A stretch of DNA of 64,000 nt from Enterococcus columbae. GTDB taxonomy: Bacteria; Bacillota; Bacilli; Lactobacillales; Enterococcaceae. Position 1 is the first letter of the stretch. Every line of letters begins with the position of its first letter. The DNA lies in assembly GCA_020742395.1 (NCBI GenBank), contig DYWZ01000018.1, positions 19,552 to 83,551 on the forward strand, read 5' to 3'. Positions 7,901 through 16,801 of the stretch are shown piece by piece. The notes beneath the pieces were generated by a model. That model was given only the letters and a program-made list of their open reading frames with translations, was not told the origin of the DNA and did not search any database. The position numbers and the translations under genes are program-made.

Positions 7901-9247
7901 TTGGATCCACGCTATTTTGAAAGTGCCGAATTTTATCATCGTCGGTATGATAATTTTGCTAGCAAAATTATTATCCCTACCTTTTGCCTCTTTTGCTTTC
8001 TAGTAGTTTTTGCAATCTTTGCCACAAAAGAAGTCGTGGTATCTTCTACTGGTAGCATTGAAGCCTATCGTACAATTACTAATATTCAATCAACTAGTAG
8101 TAACAAAATCATTCTTAATCATCTGAAAGAAAATAAGCAAGTTAAAAAAGGCGATTTATTATTAGAATATCAGGGAAAGGAAGGCGAAATTCAGCTTTCC
8201 ACCTTACAATTGCAACAAAAACAAATAAAAGAACAAATCGATCAAATACAAATTTTATTAGATAGTTTGAATAAAGAAAAAAATTTATTTGAAGATAATG
8301 ATGCATTTGGCTATAAGCAAACCTACTTAGATTATGTTCAGCAAGTAGAGACTATTAAAAAGAGTGTTCAGCAACAAAATGCTAATATTCAAGCACAAAA
8401 TATCTCTGCAAGTCAGGCAAAGCAGGCTATTCAAAACGCTATGAATGAATTGCAAAACGAACTCAATGATTACCAGCAAGCTAAACAAGCGATACTTAAT
8501 CAAACAGCGTTAAATAAGCAAAATGCTGCATATACTTTATATCAAAGTTATCATCAACAAATGGGACAAGAAAATGCTGATAGTATCAAACAGCAGGTAT
8601 TATCACAACTTGATAGTCAAATTGCAAGTCTTGAGAATAGTTTATCAGGATATAAAATTCAATATGCTTCCTCAGGAGTTCAGCAAGCAGCGAGTGATAC
8701 ATTTGCTAATCAATCAGCTTCATTGAAAGCACAAACTATTGCAAAAACGGAGCAAGAAAAACAATCCTTACAAAAACAGTTAACCGAAGTAGAGAATAAT
8801 CTACAATTACAACAGCAACAAGGAAAATTAAATCGGATTTACGCGCAGACTGGTGGAGTTTTACATATTGTGGATACTGATAATGAATTTGTATCACCGG
8901 GAACAGTCATTGCGCAATTATATCCTATTATTACAAAAGTGAAAAGGATTAAACTAGTGTCTTATATTTCTGCTAGAGATGTCACCCATATTCAAAAAGG
9001 AATGAAGATGCGCTTTACAGCCTATGATAGTGCTAAAGACAAATTAGTATTAGAAGCAAAGGTACAAAGTATAGATACTAGTGCTACTAGAACGAAACAA
9101 GGAAACTATTTTAAAGTAGAATCATTGGTTTCCGTCAATGAGTTACAAGCAAAACAGTTATCTTATGGTTTAGAGGGGAGAGTTACACTTATTACACATA
9201 CAACCACCTATCTGAACTATTTTTTAGATAAAATATTTAATTTGTAG
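7901..9247 (+). CDS. Bacteriocin secretion accessory protein (ComB/BlpB/MesE, HlyD-like)
   Basis: ESAEFY.RRY.NF N-terminus, IQSTSSNKII, long coiled coil. Confidence 0.92.
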   Translation: MDPRYFESAEFYHRRYDNFASKIIIPTFCLFCFLVVFAIFATKEVVVSSTGSIEAYRTITNIQSTSSNKIILNHLKENKQVKKGDLLLEYQGKEGEIQLSTLQLQQKQIKEQIDQIQILLDSLNKEKNLFEDNDAFGYKQTYLDYVQQVETIKKSVQQQNANIQAQNISASQAKQAIQNAMNELQNELNDYQQAKQAILNQTALNKQNAAYTLYQSYHQQMGQENADSIKQQVLSQLDSQIASLENSLSGYKIQYASSGVQQAASDTFANQSASLKAQTIAKTEQEKQSLQKQLTEVENNLQLQQQQGKLNRIYAQTGGVLHIVDTDNEFVSPGTVIAQLYPIITKVKRIKLVSYISARDVTHIQKGMKMRFTAYDSAKDKLVLEAKVQSIDTSATRTKQGNYFKVESLVSVNELQAKQLSYGLEGRVTLITHTTTYLNYFLDKIFNL

Positions 9248-9260
9248 GAGGAAAGAAGTA

Positions 9261-9770
9261 ATGAAGAAGAGAAAATTTGTAACAGCAGTAGTAGCGTTAC
9301 TGTTGTCCTTAGCCTTTTCATCAATCGGTGTTCAGGCAGATGAAACACCCAACAATAATCCAGTAGAGGAAACAGCAGTTATTCCCAAAGTAAGTCAGAA
9401 AGAGTATTTGACTAATGTAGCTGACCTGTCTCCAATTACTACACAAGAATTCAGAAATAGTTTGCTAGAGAGTAGTATAAATGACGAATATATCTATATT
9501 GGTCGTGAAACATGTTACTATTGCAGACAATTCTCACCAGTGATTAAAGAATTTAACTTAATGATAAATCAACAATTGAAGTATTATAACACAGATTCGG
9601 ATACTTTTGGAGAAGAAGATGCTGAGTTTATTTTTAATGAAATTGGTATTCCTGGAACACCAACAATCTTGCACATTATTAATGGAAAAATTGTAGCTGG
9701 TTGGATTGGTGGAGGAGTTGATGCTAATCAATTAAAAACATTTTTTGATGAACATTTAACATTGAATTAA
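9261..9770 (+). CDS. Exported thioredoxin-like bacteriocin transport accessory protein (Bta/BlpG-like)
   Basis: Signal peptide, YIGRETCYYCRQF (CxxC), PGTPT. Confidence 0.85.
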   Translation: MKKRKFVTAVVALLLSLAFSSIGVQADETPNNNPVEETAVIPKVSQKEYLTNVADLSPITTQEFRNSLLESSINDEYIYIGRETCYYCRQFSPVIKEFNLMINQQLKYYNTDSDTFGEEDAEFIFNEIGIPGTPTILHIINGKIVAGWIGGGVDANQLKTFFDEHLTLN

Positions 9771-9786
9771 ATTGCTGTTTAAGTAA

Positions 9787-10035
9787 TTAAAAAAATATAC
9801 AAATAGAGAAAGCTACGGGGGTATAGTAAAAAAAGATTGTTTAAGTGATAATGGTTTTAATACATTAGAATATGCAATCATAGGAGAAATATCTGGCGCA
9901 ACATTGGGAGTGGGGATTGGAAATCGTGCAGTAGCATTTACTGTTGTATCCCCCCTAGCTTATCTATTAGGGAAAATTCATTCATTTCTTTCCTTCCTGA
10001 CTTTGAATGTAAGTTTTATTAGGAGTTATCGCTGA
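9787..10035 (+). pseudogene. Decayed double-glycine bacteriocin frame (brochocin A/thermophilin A-like), no usable start codon
   Basis: LKKYTNRESYGG-IVKKDCLSDNGFNTLEYAIIGEISGATLGVGIG; the KDCL.D.G motif recalls BrcA/ThmA; TAA just upstream in frame. Confidence 0.45.
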
Positions 10036-10179
10036 ATAGAGCAGGGCTAAGATTCTATTTATAGTTTTATCACTGATAAGTTATATAATATTCGATTTTT
10101 TATTGCAATGTGGTCAAGTGATTATTAGTAATTTTGTAAGTAAGAAAATCGATTTAAATATAGGTGGTAATAGTATTTA

Positions 10180-10210
10180 TTGAAATTTTTGAAAAACTTG
10201 TAAAGTGCTA
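10180..10210 (+). repeat. Left arm of perfect 31-bp inverted repeat
   Basis: TTGAAATTTTTGAAAAACTTGTAAAGTGCTA; exact reverse complement at 10659-10689. Confidence 0.95.
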
Positions 10211-10253
10211 TTAGGTAATAATAAAACGATATTTTTAGAGGAGCGTTTTCTGT

Positions 10254-10439
10254 ATGAAAAAATATCTACAATATGGTTGGGTGGCTATATTATTCTCTAT
10301 GGGAATATATAATATTTTTAATCCATCGACATTTGATAAAAATATCTGTAATTTAATAGGGTTATTATTGATAATCTTTGCAGTAGGAATGAACTTAAGA
10401 AAAAGGAAAGGTGATTTTAATGAACATGGAGAATATTAA
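10254..10439 (+). CDS. Putative immunity membrane peptide (2 TM)
   Basis: GAGGAG RBS, hydrophobic with cationic tail, overlaps the bacteriocin start. Confidence 0.65.
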   Translation: MKKYLQYGWVAILFSMGIYNIFNPSTFDKNICNLIGLLLIIFAVGMNLRKRKGDFNEHGEY

Positions 10440-10596
10440 AATGTTAGATTCAAAAGAATTAGAAAGTATTTATGGAGGGACAAATTGGACAAAGTGCTAT
10501 GCAGGAACAATTGGTTCAGCTATATTAGGTTTTGGTGCTATGGGTCCAATTGGATATTGGGCTGGTGCTGGTGTAGGATATGCTAGCTTTTGTTAA
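10420..10596 (+). CDS. Class II double-glycine bacteriocin; mature TNWTKCYAGTIGSAILGFGAMGPIGYWAGAGVGYASFC (38 aa)
   Basis: AAGGTGA RBS, leader MNMENIKMLDSKELESIYGG, GxxxG-rich with Cys6/Cys38. Confidence 0.88.
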   Translation: MNMENIKMLDSKELESIYGGTNWTKCYAGTIGSAILGFGAMGPIGYWAGAGVGYASFC

Positions 10597-10658
10597 TTTG
10601 TAAATTATTGTATAGAATCAAAGACGATTCTACATCTTAACAAATGCCTTGCAATTTT

Positions 10659-10689
10659 TAGCACTTTACAAGTTTTTCAAAAATTTCAA
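10659..10689 (-). repeat. Right arm of perfect 31-bp inverted repeat
   Basis: TAGCACTTTACAAGTTTTTCAAAAATTTCAA. Confidence 0.95.
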
Positions 10690-10820
10690 GTAAAAATTAG
10701 AATTCCACATTCTTTCTAATAGGATAATTTTTCAGCAGATTTGTATCTAAAAAATCATCCATTAGACTGATTTGGCTGGCTGTTGCAATCGATAACGATT
10801 ACTTAAAGAAGGTGTCAAAT

Positions 10821-11141
10821 ATGAAAGCGATTTATAAAGATGGAGAAGTTGCAGAGGTTTGGGAAATTAGTCGAACCAGCGAACGACCTGATTGGGTGAT
10901 TGAGGGCTTTAAAAAGAATTATCTAGTGTGGGTGGATAACAAGTTAAGAATTCTTTTAACTGGATTGAACCCATCAACTAAAGAAATGTTAAAGCTAGGC
11001 TCGATGGGTTCGGCTGGCGGTGGCGGATTCCTTGGCTATGCGATGTATTCAATAGGCTATGAAGGAGACATTATTGACTTCACACATCGCCGATTGATTT
11101 CAAAAAAGAGATTTTTAAAAGAATATACGGTAATTTCTTGA
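10821..11141 (+). CDS. Hypothetical protein
   Basis: AAGAAGGTG RBS, clean ORF; function not recognised. Confidence 0.65.
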   Translation: MKAIYKDGEVAEVWEISRTSERPDWVIEGFKKNYLVWVDNKLRILLTGLNPSTKEMLKLGSMGSAGGGGFLGYAMYSIGYEGDIIDFTHRRLISKKRFLKEYTVIS

Positions 11142-11202
11142 GATAAAGAACTGCTATCTGAATATTCGGGGGTAGCAGTTTATTTTCCCAATACAATCTG
11201 TG

Positions 11203-11269
11203 TTTCAGGAAGAAAAAATGACGGTTCAGGAATACTTTCACTACGATTAGTTGTTTTGTGGGATACTAT
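11203..11269 (+). promoter_or_regulatory. LytTR-activated promoter
   Basis: TTCAGGAA at 11204-11211 and 11225-11232 (21-bp period), TACTAT at 11264. Confidence 0.7.
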
Positions 11270-11317
11270 TTTTAGTTAATATTGATTCAGAAGTGTTTTG
11301 GGAAAGGATAGTATTAG

Positions 11318-11506
11318 ATGAAAAAGAGGAATGATTTTGCTCAGATGTCAAAAAAATTTCAATGGGCGGTACTAATCGTAGGGTTAATTGCGTTTTTTAT
11401 ATTGCAGCGTTGGTTAGTCAATGCAGTGGATCAATTAATAATGGATGCGGTAAATCATCTGGATCAAGTGGTAGCTGGTTTTGCTCAGGGGTGGGCGAAT
11501 GGCTGA
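11318..11506 (+). CDS. Small single-TM protein, putative immunity factor
   Basis: AAAGGA RBS; one hydrophobic segment; downstream of LytTR boxes. Confidence 0.65.
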   Translation: MKKRNDFAQMSKKFQWAVLIVGLIAFFILQRWLVNAVDQLIMDAVNHLDQVVAGFAQGWANG

Positions 11507-11718
11507 TTATCAATAGCTAAATGAATTTTATTGAGAGTGAGTCAGGAAGTTATTTTCCTGGCTTTTTTAGTGTAGTCAGCTACCTTTGTTTAACGATGAG
11601 GTTATTTGATTATTACTTGCTGTAAAAAAATAAAATCAGTCAATTATTGCGTATTTTGATATTGAGCTAGACTAGTTGTGAGGATTCAGTTAAACTTAAG
11701 CCAAATTTTACAAAAAAG

Positions 11719-11732
11719 CGAACAAATTTTCG
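11719..11732. promoter_or_regulatory. LexA (SOS/Cheo) box upstream of yhaO-yhaN-yhaM
   Basis: CGAACAAATTTTCG, 1 mismatch to CGAAC-N4-GTTCG. Confidence 0.55.
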
Positions 11733-11837
11733 TATAAAAAATGCTATTTTAGCCATAACATGTTATGATAGAAGCAGTAGAAAAGTCAGATATATGTAAG
11801 ACTTTCGCTAATTTCGTTCAGAGAGGGTAGATGATCG

Positions 11838-13010
11838 GTGCGATTTTTACATTGTGCAGATTTACATATTGATCGAGCTTTTGAAGGGTTACCAGAAAGC
11901 ATTACGATGCAAAATCAGCTCATGCAGGCCAATGAGCAGACGTTACAAAATATTGTTGAGTTGGCTTTAGCTGAGCAGGTAGATGCTGTATTGCTGGTGG
12001 GCGATACCTTTCATCAAAATATTCCTAGTTTATATATTCAGCATCAATTCAATCAACAGATGCAAAGATTAGCGCAGGCAGAGATTCCAGTGTTTTTGAG
12101 CTTTGGTAATCATGATTATTATACACCAGAGCGATATTGGTTTACTTTTCCTGATAATGTATATGTGTTTACGAGTGAAGCGGTACAAACCTTTACGCTA
12201 CAAACCAAAAGTGGCAAGACCTATGCGGTGAGCGGGTTTAGCTATGAGCATCCTTGGCTAGAAAAAGAGATGGTTGCAGCTTTTCCTACACGAATGGCGG
12301 TCGATTATCATATCGGTTTATATCATGGACAGCAAACAGGAAAACGTTATGCGCCTTTTCAGTTAACGAGTTTGAAACAAAAGGGCTATGATTATTGGGC
12401 GCTAGGGCATATTCATGTGCCTACTATATTATCGGAGCAAAAGCCAGTGATTCTCTACCCGGGTTGTCCACAGGGGCATACTAGAAAAGAGCAGCAGACC
12501 AGTGTAGTTTTGGCAGAACTAACTGCTCAAACTTGTCGATATGAAAAAAGGCAGGTCGCAAGTTTACCTTTTAAGCAAGTGACGCTTTCTTTAAAAGAGG
12601 TGCTAGAACAAAAGGAAGTGCCTCAGTTTTTAATGCAAGCTTTTGAGAGAGTAGCGGATGGTTTGTATCAGGTCGTTTTTACCGATACGCAAACCTTACC
12701 TAGCCAGTGGTTGCATACAGCTAATAAGGAAGATTTATTGCAACATTGTAATTGGCAATTTGCCCAACAAAAAAGAAAGGTTTATATCTATGATTGTTTA
12801 GAACAAGCGACTAACACGACGGTTTATCCGTTATTGGATCAAGCTAGTTATCAAGATTTAACAACTGCAAGTCATCAAGAAACTATGAGTCAGTTATTAG
12901 CCCAACGTTTAGGGACTTCTTTACATTTACATCAGTGGGCGATGGAAAATTTTGATGAGATTTATCAAGGGTATCTTGAGGAATTAAAAAAATATCTTAA
13001 ATCAACCTAG
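11838..13010 (+). CDS. yhaO: Mre11/SbcD-like metallophosphoesterase (YhaO)
   Basis: ADLHID, GDTF, GNHD and GHIH motifs. Confidence 0.88.
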   Translation: MRFLHCADLHIDRAFEGLPESITMQNQLMQANEQTLQNIVELALAEQVDAVLLVGDTFHQNIPSLYIQHQFNQQMQRLAQAEIPVFLSFGNHDYYTPERYWFTFPDNVYVFTSEAVQTFTLQTKSGKTYAVSGFSYEHPWLEKEMVAAFPTRMAVDYHIGLYHGQQTGKRYAPFQLTSLKQKGYDYWALGHIHVPTILSEQKPVILYPGCPQGHTRKEQQTSVVLAELTAQTCRYEKRQVASLPFKQVTLSLKEVLEQKEVPQFLMQAFERVADGLYQVVFTDTQTLPSQWLHTANKEDLLQHCNWQFAQQKRKVYIYDCLEQATNTTVYPLLDQASYQDLTTASHQETMSQLLAQRLGTSLHLHQWAMENFDEIYQGYLEELKKYLKST

Positions 13011-13063
13011 ATTCAATGATTCTCTGGGATTATCTGAATTACGATAAGAAAAGGAAATATATA

Positions 13064-15679
13064 ATGAAAATAATTCGTGTCGAGATTGCGGGATTTGGTA
13101 AATATCGTGATTTTCAGTTTGCTTTCACAACCGGCAATCAATTACTCTATGGTGAAAATGAAGCCGGCAAATCTACGCTTTATCATTTTATTTTGGCGAT
13201 GCTTTTTGGTTTTCCTAAAAAAAGTAAGCGCAAAAGAGACTACACGCCTAAAAATCATGGTCAATATGGGGGCAAACTAGTCATTGAACATCGTCAAAAA
13301 ACGTTTTGTATTGAGCGCTACAAATCAGTCAATCGAGGAAAGGCGCAAATTTTATCAGAAGGTCAGTATTATACAGAAGCAGAATTTTATCAGTTTATTA
13401 GTCCGTTGAATGAAGCATTGTTTAGACAGGTCTTTACTTTTGATCAAGAACAATTAACCGATTTGGCTCATTTAGAGGCGAATGCTTTACAATCAGCCTT
13501 GATTTCTTTGGGGATTACTGGCAGTCAACAGCTTTTTCAACAGGTCGAAGCTTATGAAAAAGAAAACCAAAAAATTTATGCTGATCGCGCCCAAAAATTA
13601 CCGATTAATCAGAAGTTAGTTGCTTATGATCAATTAAATCAAGAAATTTCACTTGCTGAACAAAAACAAGCTGCTTTAGCTAAAGAATATCAGCAATTAA
13701 AGCAATATAAAGCCAAGCAAGCTACTTTAGCTAGCGAACATCAAGCGTTGTTGGATACTAAGCAAAATTATCAACAGCAACAGTTACATTTTGCTTTGTA
13801 TGAAGAATACCAAGCTTTACAAAAACAACCACTTTCAATGGTTGATCCGCATGATTTGCAGGATTTACAGCATTTTTATCAAGAATATAGTCAGTTACAA
13901 GAACAAATTCAACAGCATGAGGCTAAGTTATCTCAATTAGAGCAAAGTCAACGTTCACAGCGCTATCTGTTTTTCTTAGAACAAGAGGCAACTATTCACC
14001 AGTTGTTAAAAAATGAACCACTTGTTTATCAAGCTGCTAGTGAGTTACAGCGTTTAGAACAAATGCTTGAGAGCACACAACAATCTTTAGCAAAATGTTC
14101 AATGCTTACAGAAGATTTAGGGACAATTGATGCGGATGATTTAAGGCAATTACGTCAAAAAGAACAGGAATACAGTCTTTTAAATGAGAAAAAAGAGTAT
14201 CTTTATCAGCAGCAAGTGAAGGCGGAAGCTACTTTGAATCAATTTGAAGCGGCCCATCCAGAAATTTTTCAATCTACACCGCCTAAAACGCCACTTTTCT
14301 TGGTAGTTGGTGCGTTAATTTTAGGAGTGTTGAGTTTTGCTTGTTTAGTCTTTCAACCTAAATGGGCGTGGCTATTCTTTCTGGCTACCATTGGGGATAT
14401 TGCTTATTGGTATTATAAAGTAAAAAAAGTTCAGCCAACTGATTTAAAACCACTATGGCAACGATACTTACAAACTTTAGACGAAGCCAGCGATCAATAT
14501 CAACAAATTATTGTCCAACTTGAAAGTTGTCAGCAAGAAACGAAACGCTTACGCCAACTTTTGCCAGCTAGTTGGCAAGAAAAAACAGTTGAAGAAATTA
14601 CGGATTTATTACAAACAGCTAATCTTCAACAGCAACAAAAAACACAGTTGGTTGCACAACAAACCCAGCTACAAGCTGAGCTAAAAAAACAGCGCACACT
14701 TTTAGAACAGTGGCAGCAAGCCTGTCGTCCTTATTATGAGTGGCTTGCGATTGCACATTTACCGATTGTTGAGCAATATCAGCAAATTCGTGAGTTTTAT
14801 GAACAAATGCAAGCTGAAAAGTTACAACGCTCTAAGCAGCCAGTGACGCAGATTGCTGAAGCATTAAATTTCACTAGACAAGAAGTGCAACGTTTGTTTA
14901 ATCAACAAAAGCCTTTACTACAAAAATATCAGATTGAACAGATTAATGATTTGCCTTTATGGTTTCGTCAACAAGCCACTAATCAGCAAATGGCGCAACG
15001 TTTGTTAGAATTAAAACCGATAGTGACACCTTTGTTTAAACAACCGATTACTAAAACACAGTTAGAAGAACAAGTCGCAATTATTAATCAACAATTAGCG
15101 GATAATCAAGAAGCTACCACTAATCAAGTAAAAGCTATCGCCCAAATCGAATTAGCTATAAAACAACAAAGTAGCGATAATCATTTATTAACGCTATATC
15201 AAAAGCAAAGTCAGTTAAAAGCCGAAATTGTTCAATTGTTAGCTCAGTGGAGTATTAATTACTTAGTGAGCCAACAATTACAAAATTTTGCTAGTCAATT
15301 ATCGACGGATCAATTTCCGCAATTACTCCGTTTAGCTAGTGAATATTTAGCTATTTTATCAAATCAAGTGCATAGTAAGCTTCATCTAAGGGATGATGAA
15401 TTATTGGTTGATGAGCAATCCTTATATCAACTATCGACTGGAACTAAAGATCAATTGATTATGGCACTGCGTTTTGCGTATTTAGCCTTACAGTTACCGA
15501 ATGTCCTTTGTCCGATTATTATTGATGATGGTTGGCTCCATTACGATTCAAAGCGTAAACAAGCCTTAGCCCAATTATTACAATTATTTGGTAAAGATTA
15601 TCAAGTTATTTGTTTGTCTTCTGATAAAGAAATGGTAAGCTATTATCAGGAATTAAATCAATCAGTGCATAGACTGTAG
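13064..15679 (+). CDS. yhaN: SbcC/Rad50-like AAA ATPase (YhaN)
   Basis: GENEAGKST, coiled coils, LSTGTKDQL, IIDDG. Confidence 0.88.
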   Translation: MKIIRVEIAGFGKYRDFQFAFTTGNQLLYGENEAGKSTLYHFILAMLFGFPKKSKRKRDYTPKNHGQYGGKLVIEHRQKTFCIERYKSVNRGKAQILSEGQYYTEAEFYQFISPLNEALFRQVFTFDQEQLTDLAHLEANALQSALISLGITGSQQLFQQVEAYEKENQKIYADRAQKLPINQKLVAYDQLNQEISLAEQKQAALAKEYQQLKQYKAKQATLASEHQALLDTKQNYQQQQLHFALYEEYQALQKQPLSMVDPHDLQDLQHFYQEYSQLQEQIQQHEAKLSQLEQSQRSQRYLFFLEQEATIHQLLKNEPLVYQAASELQRLEQMLESTQQSLAKCSMLTEDLGTIDADDLRQLRQKEQEYSLLNEKKEYLYQQQVKAEATLNQFEAAHPEIFQSTPPKTPLFLVVGALILGVLSFACLVFQPKWAWLFFLATIGDIAYWYYKVKKVQPTDLKPLWQRYLQTLDEASDQYQQIIVQLESCQQETKRLRQLLPASWQEKTVEEITDLLQTANLQQQQKTQLVAQQTQLQAELKKQRTLLEQWQQACRPYYEWLAIAHLPIVEQYQQIREFYEQMQAEKLQRSKQPVTQIAEALNFTRQEVQRLFNQQKPLLQKYQIEQINDLPLWFRQQATNQQMAQRLLELKPIVTPLFKQPITKTQLEEQVAIINQQLADNQEATTNQVKAIAQIELAIKQQSSDNHLLTLYQKQSQLKAEIVQLLAQWSINYLVSQQLQNFASQLSTDQFPQLLRLASEYLAILSNQVHSKLHLRDDELLVDEQSLYQLSTGTKDQLIMALRFAYLALQLPNVLCPIIIDDGWLHYDSKRKQALAQLLQLFGKDYQVICLSSDKEMVSYYQELNQSVHRL

Positions 15680-15727
15680 GAAGGATGTGAAGTTGTTTAC
15701 TTGTTTTTTACAGGTAACAATCCTTGT

Positions 15728-16672
15728 ATGAAAAAAATTAAAGAATATCAAGTCGATGAAGAAATGCAATTATTTGCTTTACTCAAAAATGCGGACGTTC
15801 GGATGGCAAAAAATGGGAAAAAATTTATTGCTTTTACTTTCCAAGATACTTCCGGTACGATTGATGGCAAGTTTTGGGATGCTTCAGAAGAAGAAATTCA
15901 AAAGTTTGAAGCGGGTAAAGTGGTGTTTTTAAACGGAAAACGCGAAGTGTATCAAGGCAATCCACAAGTAAAAATTTTACATCTGCGTTTAGCCAAATTA
16001 GAAGAGCCAAACGATCCACAATTATATATGGAAAAAGCGCCTCTTAAAAGAGAAACGATGGAAGCTGAAATCCAACAGGTCATTTTTGAAATTACCAATC
16101 CTAATTGGAATCGAATTGTGCGCTATTTACTGAATAAATATCAAAAAGAATTCTTTGAATATCCCGCAGCCAAACGCAATCACCACGCCTTTGCTGGTGG
16201 TCTTGCTTTTCATACTTTATCTATGTTGCGCATCGGTAAAGCCTTAGTTGCGGAATATCCTGAATTAAATGCTTCACTCCTTTATGCGGGGATTATTTTA
16301 CATGACTTAGGTAAAGTCTTAGAGCTAAGTGGTGCGATGACGACAGAATATACAATTGCCGGTAATTTGATTGGGCATTTAGTGTTAGTAGATGAAGAAA
16401 TTACCCAAGCATGTCTAGCTTTAAAAATCGATCAAAGCAAAGAAGAAATTATTGTTTTAAAACACATGGTTTTAGCCCATCATGGATTATTAGAATATGG
16501 CTCACCTGTTCGACCAAGAATTATGGAAGCTGAAGTTTTACATCAAATTGATAATATTGATGCTTCTATGCAAATGATGTTAACTTCTATTCGCCAAACC
16601 ACTCCTGGTGAGTACACTGATCGGATTTTTGGCATGGATAATCGGAGTTTTTATGTACCTAAAGAACGTTAA
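15728..16672 (+). CDS. yhaM: 3'-5' exoribonuclease YhaM (OB + HD)
   Basis: QDTSGTIDGKFW, PAAKRNHHA, LHDLGK. Confidence 0.92.
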   Translation: MKKIKEYQVDEEMQLFALLKNADVRMAKNGKKFIAFTFQDTSGTIDGKFWDASEEEIQKFEAGKVVFLNGKREVYQGNPQVKILHLRLAKLEEPNDPQLYMEKAPLKRETMEAEIQQVIFEITNPNWNRIVRYLLNKYQKEFFEYPAAKRNHHAFAGGLAFHTLSMLRIGKALVAEYPELNASLLYAGIILHDLGKVLELSGAMTTEYTIAGNLIGHLVLVDEEITQACLALKIDQSKEEIIVLKHMVLAHHGLLEYGSPVRPRIMEAEVLHQIDNIDASMQMMLTSIRQTTPGEYTDRIFGMDNRSFYVPKER

Positions 16673-16801
16673 ACGATTTAGCAAATAACGAAAATAGTTT
16701 ATGAAATTTTTACGAATTATCCATTTTAATCACAACTTTTATCTAATTTGTGGTATAGTTATGGTTGTGAATGTGAAAAAAATTTAGGAGTGTAGAAATC
16801 C

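Noticed and set aside
10199-10212. AGTGCTA / TTAGCACT resembling half of a CIRCE (HrcA) element in the 31-bp repeat
   Set aside because: The second half-site at 9-bp spacing is absent in both arms
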